From positions 103,292,001 to 103,356,000 of the forward strand of contig OX597821.1 of assembly GCA_951406725.2 (NCBI GenBank): a DNA stretch of 64,000 nucleotides. Reading direction: 5' to 3'. The notes under the pieces are model-generated. The model had not been told where the DNA came from, made no database searches, and worked only from the letters and a program-made list of their open reading frames with translations. Within the stretch, counting starts at the first letter, position 1. Each line of letters starts with the position of its first letter. This document shows, piece after piece, positions 53,555 through 64,000 of the stretch. The stretch comes from Octopus vulgaris. Its lineage: Eukaryota. The position numbers and the translations under genes were made by a program.

Positions 53555-53968
53555 GTATGTGTCTCTATGTATATGTATGTATATAGTATGTGTTCGTGAG
53601 TGTCTTGTGTGTTTGTATGTGAGCACGTATGTATGTGTATGCTGTATGCTTGTGTAGTGTGTGCATGTGTGAGTATGTATTTCTGTGTGTTTTGTATGTG
53701 AATGTTTTCGGGTGTGTTTCTGTGTGTGTGTGTCTATGTGTGAGCGCCTGTGTATATATATATATGAGTGTGTTTTTCAATGTGTGTGTATGTGTGTATT
53801 TATGCGTGTGTGTGTATTTGTGTGTGAATATAATATATTTGTATGTCTGTGTGTATTTATATATTTCTCTGTGTAAGTATGTTATTTGTAGTTGTGTGTG
53901 CATTCTTTGGAGCGTGTGTATCTGGGTGTGTAAGTGTGTGCGTGTGTGTGTATATGTGTGTGTGTTTG
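53555..53968. repeat. Degenerate (TG)n tract
   Basis: Directly visible. Confidence 0.9.
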
Positions 53969-54003
53969 GGTGGAGCAGAAAACGATATTTGTTTCTAAGT
54001 AAT

Positions 54004-54035
<32 letters not shown>

Positions 54036-54622
54036 CCAGTCTATATTTTTGTTCATAGTATTTCTGGCTAATTTTGGTCAGACTGGCATGGTGCCATTCA
54101 ACATTCCTACTGACACAACTTCATTCCTGACAAACTCACGTTAACCCAAACATTGATTCGATGGCCGAGTAAACTTTATCAACTAAGCTGCCCAAACAGC
54201 AAAAAAAAAAATAAAAAAATAAAAAAATAAAAAATAAAATAGAATAAAATAAAATAATAAAAAATACATTCACCAATAACACTACCATCTCCGCATCATT
54301 AACAGTAAGGATCTGCAGAATAATAAAGGCAGCGACATTTGCACAGAAAACTTCAACCGCTGCTGCTGCATCAATAATGGCAGCTGTATCAACAGAAGTA
54401 ACGTTAAGCACAGGATATACGATAAAGACGATATAGTTTTTTCATTAAAAGTGTGTGAAGTACAGAAATGCAAGATTACGTATAAAACGAACTGTAGCTT
54501 TGTCAAATATAAACCGCACAGTAATCCTTGGTGATATATTTTCGTTGCTCAGTAACGAGTCATCATTGACAGAATCAAAGATATTCCAATTAAAACCAGC
54601 AAGTATTTGTTGTGTATCTACG

Positions 54623-55244
54623 CAGGGCTATGTTAGCAGCACTATTAGCCCCTGAGCTTACCAGTGCTCTGGGCTCTATAGTATTATTGAAGGCCATCCA
54701 CAACGTATATAAAACTGTATTGGGACCCTTAGACTCGTGAGGGACCCTGGCAAAACAGTGCACTGAGCTCTATCGTAATTATTGAGAGTGAGTCACAACA
54801 TTCATAGATCAGAATTGATACCCTAGAATCGTGAGACTCCCGAAGAAACCAATTTATTGGACAGTAGGCAATGCGTTGGTCCTTATAGTATTTATGCATT
54901 GACATCAACACAACATGCTCAGATCATTAGACGCCACGCAAATGCCAGATCCTTAGACGCTACGCAAATCTGTATACTGGGTCCTGTAGTATTTATTTAT
55001 TTATTAACAACAAGCTACAACATGCATAAATCTGAATTGAGCTCTTAGACTTATAGTCTTAATTATTGACTGCGAGCCACAACATTCATAATTGGGCCTC
55101 TAGAACCGTGAATCATTGAGCTGGGCCTTACAGTATTCATTTGACTGCAAGTCACAGAATACTCAGATCAGAATTGAGCCCCTTGATTCGGGAACCTCGT
55201 CATCAAGCAACTGCCCAACGTATCCATGTGTTAACACAGCTCTG
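54623..55244. mobile_element. Old non-autonomous DNA transposon (hAT-like CAG ends) with internal degenerate minisatellite
   Basis: Ends cagggctatgttagca / tgttaacacagctctg. About 6 diverged units of 'gggccctatagtatt..ttgactgcgagtcacaacattcatagatcagaattgagcccctagaatcgtg'. Related fragment at ~50206-50360. No TSD visible. Confidence 0.55.
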
Positions 55245-55861
55245 CCTCAATGAGTACATTGTCTAATGTATCCTTCCCTTTTTGAAGGAATACAGTGAAA
55301 TTTATAGCAGATTTAGACCATATTTTTTCAACTCAAGTGACGATGTAAACATGTTCCTATGGAATCATATTCTACAGAAAGCTAATAGAAAAAAAGCGAA
55401 CCCTGTACAAGCCTGATTTTTATTTATTTTATTGATTCCAAAAGGATAAAAGGCAAAGATGACTTCGGTGGAATTTGAACTCAGAGTGTAGAGAGTCGTA
55501 ATGATTAAAGTAAACCAGTGTAGTGACGCTCTAACTTCTCTGCCAATCGGCCACCTATCCCGCTTCTATCGACGATGAAACGAAATTACACACACATAGC
55601 TTACATGTCACAACGAGGTTCTAGGGTAAGCTAATGTAAAAGATTACCCTGTATTGTAAATTGTATAAAATTTTCTGAACGCTGCATAATTAACTACTGA
55701 AATCACATTGCCACTGCATGCGAATTACATTCTGACAGCGTTTGTAAATACAATGAATATTTATGTTACTAACCTCTGCCAAGACACAGGATGCTCCCCG
55801 ACGGATAAACCTCAGGAATACATTATCTGCATCTATTTCAGTCTCTATCTGCCTATCTGTC

Positions 55862-55903
<42 letters not shown>

Positions 55904-55904
55904 C

Positions 55905-55977
<73 letters not shown>

Positions 55978-56106
55978 AGTCTATCTATTTATCTATCTAT
56001 CTATCTATCTATCTATTTATCTATGTATTTGCTTGTCTGTCTGTCTGTCTGTCTATCAGTCCTAACATACATGCATGTCCATATTCGAGACGATGATGCA
56101 TAAAAC

Positions 56107-56152
<46 letters not shown>

Positions 56153-56167
56153 ATATGTATATATATG

Positions 56168-56236
<69 letters not shown>

Positions 56237-56354
56237 GTATACATACATACATACATTCATACGTATAGTTGGCTAAAACGGTCATTAAGAACAGCGTATA
56301 TATAGAATAAAAGGGAGAAAATCAAGCATTTCACAGATAGATCATAATTTAATT

Positions 56355-56473
56355 AATTTCAACAGCTGTTTCGTTAGGAATAAGCATAAGTAATTCTTTA
56401 ATTACGTAATTAGAATGTATAATGAAATTTAAATCAGTTTAAAACACTGCTTACCCTAAATCACCAGGAATTC
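56355..56473 (-). ncRNA. Hammerhead-like motif with long helix II
   Basis: Minus strand: gaattc-CTGGTGA(56467-56461)-tttagggtaagca...tgcttattcctaac-GAAA(56372-56369)-CAGCTG-TT-gaaatt; palindromic helix III ACAGCTGT. Confidence 0.55.
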
Positions 56474-56611
56474 TATAACCTAGACGAGCATGCAAACCAT
56501 ATTGTAAATGTTATAGGGAAAAACAATAAGTAACATAACACAGAAGGAACAGTCTTTACAAATACTATAATTCATTGGTGCTGAAGAAAAGGAACGGCAA
56601 AAGGGTTAACG

Positions 56612-56654
<43 letters not shown>

Positions 56655-56999
56655 AATGATGCTATCCGGTGGAAGAAGTAGGATAAAATTACATTATATT
56701 TCGGCAGCTGAAGCCTTTTATGAAGTTGGAAACCTTAGAGTGACATAGCATATCCCAGCAGAAAATATATCTGTCTCAATATATTTATGACTTGCAAAGT
56801 ATAGCTTTTAATTCAGTTTTCCTTCGTGTATTCGTCCGCCTACGCTTCCTTTTATGTATTTTATCATTTGTCTGCATCTCTCTCCCCGCTTCTCTCTCTC
56901 TCTCCCTGCACACTCACACACACGCGCGCACACACACAAAATTCTTATATATATATCAATATCTATCAATCTCTCTATTTATCTATCTATCTACCTATT

Positions 57000-57034
<35 letters not shown>

Positions 57035-57204
57035 GTATATGTATGTAGGTATGTATATATATGTATATATATGTGTGTGTGTACATATATATATGTATAT
57101 ATATGTATATATATATATACACATATATGTATATATATGTGTGTATGTATATATATACGTATATGTATATATATATATATGTATATACGTATGTACATTA
57201 TATA

Positions 57205-57751
57205 TACTCTTTACTCTTTTACTTGTTTCTGTCATTTACTGCAACCATGCTGGAGCACCGCCTTTAGTCGAGCAAATCGACCCCAGGACTTATTCTTTAT
57301 AAGCCTAGTACTTATTCTATCGGTCTTTCTGCCGAACCGCTAAGTTACGTCGACATAAACACACCAGCATCGCTTGTCAAGCGATGTTGGGGGGTGGGGA
57401 TAAACACATACACGAATATATACACACACATACGTATATATACATATATATATATATAACAATGATAAATCTCAGAGCGAGTTATAAACAGTAGCGGTAA
57501 CACATCGTGACGCATATTTGCCATTTGAATATGGCTAACCCTTAAGGGTGGATGCTACTGTAGTTTGTAGCCCCAGGACGATATCTCCTCCAGCTGACTA
57601 TAGACACACTATCTGTGTCCTTCACAAATACTGAGAGGACACAGATAGTGTGTCTATAGCCAGCTGGAGGAGATATCTTCCTGGGGCTACAAACTACAGC
57701 AGCATCCACCCTTAAGGGTTAGCCATATTCAAATGGCAAATATGCGTCACG

Positions 57752-57804
<53 letters not shown>

Positions 57805-57967
57805 TACGACGGGCTTCTTTCAATTTCTGTATACCAAATCCACTGACAAGGCGTTGGTCGGCCCGAGACTATAGAAGACACTTGCCCACAGTGCAACGCA
57901 GTGGGACTGAACCCGGAACCATGTGGTTGGTAAGCAAGCTACTTATCACACCGCCACTCATGCGTCT
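57205..57967 (-). mobile_element. SINE family B with a palindromic insertion inside its internal (TA)n
   Basis: Tail 57205-57410 and head 57805-57967 flank the 57459-57755 insert. Confidence 0.9.
57506..57751. repeat. Near-perfect 116-bp-arm palindrome
   Basis: Arms 57506-57621 and 57636-57751, 3 mismatches counted by eye, 14-nt spacer. Confidence 0.95.
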
Positions 57968-57975
57968 ATATTATA

Positions 57976-58092
<117 letters not shown>

Positions 58093-58173
58093 TATAAATG
58101 CATTCATATCTATATATATAAATGTATACTCACGTGTGTCTACATAGTATTATATATATATAAAGAGATAGCT

Positions 58174-58214
<41 letters not shown>

Positions 58215-58620
58215 GGGAGAGGGTGAGAGAGAGAGCAATTAATCCATTTACGCGCCTAGTTTCTATAATAACAGTTCTTGAAAATTTCTTCTGCAAAAAC
58301 TGAACATATTCTGAAGAATTGTAGCAGTAATTTTATTTGAATGATATTCATAAACATATGGAATATCTGATTGTCACAGACTTTGATGGCTTCCTCAGAA
58401 TAATGTGTATATACATACGAACATACATACATATATACTAAATATTTATTTCATATATATATATTATGTAATATCATATAATGATACCGAACGGAAGCAG
58501 ATGCAGACAAAAGTTTTCAGTTATATAATATTACGAAAAGCTAACATATAAAAAATAATAATACATTTTCTTGATGTAATTTTCAGCATCAAAACAAATT
58601 ATTTCTAAATAATATTAAAA

Positions 58621-58675
<55 letters not shown>

Positions 58676-59151
58676 AAATCGAGGGGAAAAATCTCGAGGT
58701 AACTTAATAGAAAAGCGAAATAGTAAGCAGCTACCTAATATAACAGAATAGTTATCGAGAAGAAAAGAATGCTAGCGTGAGTATATTTTCAACCAACTAG
58801 GAAATATTGAAGTATACTTTAGTGCATTATATAAAAATACAGGCGAGGAGGGTTGGGTTGGGGTTGGGGGACTGGAATGGTGAATAGAATGCAAAACAAT
58901 CAAATGTAGTGCTACTCCATCCACGACACATATATATACACACACATATAAAACAATTTTGGTAAAAAGGAAAACTAAATATCGTTTGTTTCAATCCAAT
59001 ATAGCATAATTGAAAATAAGAAATTTTCTGTGGCTCTAAGAGAAATGTAACGCTAAACACCATAAAGTGCATTAATAAATAAAGTAATAAATGGAACAAA
59101 CAAACAAACAAATAAATAAATAAATAAAGAAATATATATATATATATATAT

Positions 59152-59202
<51 letters not shown>

Positions 59203-59697
59203 AGTTACTACCTAAGGGAACGGCTATATTTATATTTGGTTATAGCAAATGTAAGGTGTATGATTTTACTGTTAATATTAGTGAAAGAACAGAAGAATTC
59301 TTAATGAAAAACGAGCGTACTCGTATGCAAAGATTTAAAGTACGTGCTAGCTGAAAAGCAAAAACTGTCCTCATTGTTTATAGAATAGCTTTCCAGAAAA
59401 ATATATAAATGAAGGCAAAATAAAACAACATGGAAATCTCCTGGTTTTCTTTGAAATGAATGTAAAGTTGGTTTATAGAAATATAAATATTTGTTTCATG
59501 GTTGGAATTTAACGAATAAATAAATAAATAGATATATATATATATAAATGGGGTAAAGTAAACAGAATAATTATAAATAGTCATAGAATTATGTGAATTA
59601 ATATGAAAATTAAGCGACGACAGTTAACTATCAATTGATGTTATCGTGGCTATAGTAATCAGTAACACATTTGGAAGCAGTGAATTATTTTCTGCCT

Positions 59698-59865
59698 ATA
59701 GGAGTGACTGTGTGGTAAGTAGCTTGCTAACCAACCACATGGTTCCGAGTTCTGTCCCACTGCGTGGCATCTTGGGCAAGTGTCTTCTGCTATAGCCCCG
59801 GGCCGACCAATGCCTTGTGAGTGGATTTGGTAGACGGAAACTGAAAGAAGCCTGTCGTATATATG

Positions 59866-59896
<31 letters not shown>

Positions 59897-60100
59897 TTGT
59901 GTGTCTGTGTTTGTCCCCCTAGCATTGCTTGACAACCGATGCTGGTGTGTTTACGTCCCCGTCACTTAGCAGTTCGGCAAAAAAGAGACCGATAGAATAA
60001 GTACTGAGCTTACAAAGAATAAGTACCGGGGTTGATTTGCTCGACTAAAGGCGGTGCTCCAGAATGGCTGCAATCAAATGACTGAAGCAAGTAAGTAAGT
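59698..60100 (+). mobile_element. SINE family B, full length
   Basis: Complete head, CORE-like body, internal TA/TG repeat and tail. Confidence 0.93.
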
Positions 60101-60144
60101 AAAGAATACCAAACGCAGAAAGACTTTCAAAGAAGGTGCACAGT

Positions 60145-60585
60145 CGTAGGAGTGGCTGTGTGGTAAGTAGCTTGCTCACCACCCACATGGTTCCGGGTTC
60201 AGTCCCACTGCGTTGCACCTTGGGCAAGAGTCTTCTACTATAGTCTCAGGTCGACGAAATTCTTGTGAGTGGATTTGGTAGACGGAAAGTGAAAGAAACC
60301 CGTCGTATATATATATATATATATATATGTTTTGTGTGTATATATATATATATGTCTGTGTGTGTATATGTTTGTGTGTCTGTGTTTGTCTCCCCAACAT
60401 CGCTTGACAACCGATGCTGGTGTGTTTAGGTCCCCGTAACTTAGCGGTTCGGCAAAAGAGCCCAATAGACTAAGTACTAGGCTTACATGGAATAAGTCCT
60501 GGTGTCGATTTGCTCGACTAAAGGCGGTGCTCCAGCATGGCCGCAGTCAAATGACTGAAACAAGAAAAAGAGTAAAAGAAAGAGT
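60145..60585 (+). mobile_element. SINE family B, full length
   Basis: As above; tandem neighbour of 59698-60100. Confidence 0.93.
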
Positions 60586-60984
60586 CACGAATCTCAACAA
60601 TCAGCCGACGTCGATTGAAAAAGGGACTACATTTATACGAGGTCATCCTTATTCTAGAAAGTCATTTCAGTGACGGTTATTTACTTTGATTTAAGCGTAG
60701 TGTATCTAGGACTACATAGTCCAATGCTTCCTTTCTTAGTATAAACAATTGAAGAGCGGATGAGCGAGAGAGCTATAGTGATATATAGGATTTGTATCAT
60801 GTTGGCCGTGTGGCCACCTACCATACCCTTCCTCATTAGTCGGGAAAATATACTGCAAAACATATTTTCTTATAATGTCAGGTACTGGAGCCTATCCGGT
60901 TTTATATTTATATTTCGTCCATACTATCATTGATAAAGATAATTACTTTATATTTATTTAGTGATTTTGCATATATTTTCTACA

Positions 60985-61625
<641 letters not shown>

Positions 61626-62267
61626 TGTAATTAAAGACGCAAATACTTATTTTCATATTGATATTAATAATAATTGTTATTTTTACAAATTTTAACATTA
61701 ATTTCTCTTATTTTTGCATTTTTCTTTGTGATATTGATTTGGATTTTTCTTCAAATCCGGATATTTGCATTCAAATTGTTTGCAAAGTGTTAGATTTTTA
61801 TTTCCCTCTCTGTCTTTCTCTTTCCTTAATTACTAAGTGTATCTTCTGGCCTAACTAATCAACCATGAAATAGAATTGGCAATTTCCTTTCAACTCACAC
61901 AAATCTGTCCTGCTGCTAAGGCAGCGTAATAATTCAAATTACATTTGAACTGATTGTATTTCAGCCGTTGATTGATTACCAGAGAAAAAGACTAGGCGTG
62001 CCTTTAAAACACTCATTTCAACTTGACCCAACATTTGTACTTTATTCAACTGTCATGACACTCTATTAAATATCTCAAACCAGCTACTAGCACATCAAAT
62101 ACCACACTCTCCTCTCACACCGACTCGCACATACTCACACTCACACCTACATGTACCCACACACATACACACATATATACGCAGAGGCAGTACCTTTAAC
62201 GCTACTGAAATCTGCTCTAAGTTTTACTGATAAAACATTTATTGCCACTGATCATACCCAACTTTTC

Positions 62268-62322
<55 letters not shown>

Positions 62323-62466
62323 TTATATATGCATGTGTGCATGTGTGTGTGCATGCGTGCATGCGTGTGTGTTTGTGTGCGTGTGTGTATGTATATATAT
62401 TTATATATACATATATATGTATTCATATATATATATATATATATATGATACATTAAAAATATACAC

Positions 62467-62531
<65 letters not shown>

Positions 62532-62544
62532 TATTAATAGATAA

Positions 62545-62916
62545 TAGAACACTCAGAGAGCACAAACGTTCGTTAGGGCAACACCAATGTCCGCTCAACG
62601 ATTGGCCGGAGATGATTATGAAAATGAGAATATTTGAAATAAACTCGACTGCTCTCACAAACGAAAATAGTAAAAATGAACCCAATTAAGTAAAAAAAAA
62701 AAGAGAAAAAAAAATGAAAAAGAATCCAGAATCCTTCTTCGGGAGCAAATCGATCCCAAAATCTAATCAGTTCGTGCAAGTCACGAGGTCAAACATCCCT
62801 GAAAGTTTCATTCGAATCCATCCAGCAGTTCTTGAGACATCTTGTCCTCGGACAAACAAACTAACAAACAGACACGACTAAAAACAATACCCCCGCCTTC
62901 GCTAAAGGGGAGGTAA
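62545..62916. mobile_element. Non-autonomous Helentron/DINE-like (HINE-like) element
   Basis: Starts tagaacactcagagagc, contains 'aagtttcattcgaatccatccagcagttcttgag' and an (ACAA)n-like stretch. Ends with the hairpin tacccccgccttcgctaaaggggaggta in AT context; no TSD. Confidence 0.65.
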
Positions 62917-63223
62917 TAATAATATAAGCTGTTAGCAAACATAAAATAAACAAAAAGGTAAAATTGTTAATTTATAATCAGAGTACAAGATAGTCCACAA
63001 TATGACCAGAAATTAGAGTCCATACGGCTCAAGAACCGCAGTGAATGTTTTTCGTTCAGCGTGCAAATCAGTAGGTCCCGCGGACCGTACTTTGCCCATT
63101 ACCTTATCTAAATAATATTGCAGAACAAAAACCAAATCGACGGTGATTCGAACTCTGAGGATCATGGAGTTCAACGTGAATCCGGGTTTACTGGGCGTCA
63201 AAAACCCCACCGCCGTAACCACC

Positions 63224-63255
<32 letters not shown>

Positions 63256-63888
63256 CAACAACAATGCCGACGATAAGTAGCCCTATCAAATGGGAGTGGA
63301 CTATGCTTACCTGGTCGATCGATATGCGACAGAAATGACAGTAAAATCTCCCTCAAGATACACGCGGTCATAAAGAAACTATATATCTCATAAACAACAT
63401 GTCAGAATGATTTTGGTGACGGATGGACCGTCTCTGATCGATGTGATTTAACCCCGAGGCTAAAACACGACGTCGAGAACAACAGCCGACACCTCGACCA
63501 CCGCCACCACCAGCATCACCACTACTACCAGCACCACCACAACCACCACCACCACCACCACCACATTGTAAATAAAATATATCTGTAAACTACAACCAAA
63601 ATATCATTATTCTATATCACACTCATAGATTTATCAGTAAAATTACATCGTTACACCACTGGGATGAGAGCCACGCATCGTATATAAACACCATCTATCA
63701 TCGCATATAAAATATACATCACCGGATCTCTCTAACACGGCTACTGATAATACGGTAGCTATCATTCATATCATGCTATTAATATTGTTATCAATATTGC
63801 CAACGATAACTGCAATGTGTTTTCCCTGTACACGAGCAAACTTATAATGGAAATGAAAAACATCGCAGGACGATTATCAGGCAATTAC

Positions 63889-63970
<82 letters not shown>

Positions 63971-64000
63971 TACATACATACATACATACATACATACATA
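63889..64000. repeat. (CA)n/(TACA)n microsatellite
   Basis: Directly visible. Confidence 0.97.

Noticed and set aside
54660-55200. Regularly spaced repeats considered as a CRISPR-like array
   Set aside because: The units are degenerate along their whole length, with no identical repeat/unique spacer pattern, in a eukaryotic context with no cas genes.

Overview
AT-rich, microsatellite-saturated, apparently gene-free eukaryotic DNA. The SINE families look like those I associate with octopus genomes; this is an inference and is unverified. Almost all ORF-track entries are translations of (TA)n/(CA)n/(TACA)n/(CAT)n/(TAA)n repeats, and no intact host gene is supported. The window is a layered transposon landscape. 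It holds dozens of tRNA-derived SINEs in about 4 families, a near full-length decayed mariner (12883-14175), two Tc1/mariner deletion derivatives and Penelope-like (RT + GIY-YIG) fragments. It also holds a cluster of RLE-type (R4/Dong-like) non-LTR fragments in (TACA)n and (TAA)n tracts, a fossil Helitron RepHel missed by the ORF track, and non-autonomous Helitron/Helentron-like elements. The most interesting signal is a set of short non-coding elements in or near (TA)n-type tracts. Several fold back as inverted repeats and carry minimal type-I hammerhead ribozyme motifs (CTGANGA...GAAA-palindromic helix III-TH). The best example is 17733-18022, with at least four other unrelated hammerhead-like elements elsewhere. 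They look like non-autonomous Penelope/retrozyme-type retroelements. Different retroelement classes appear to partition different microsatellite targets.
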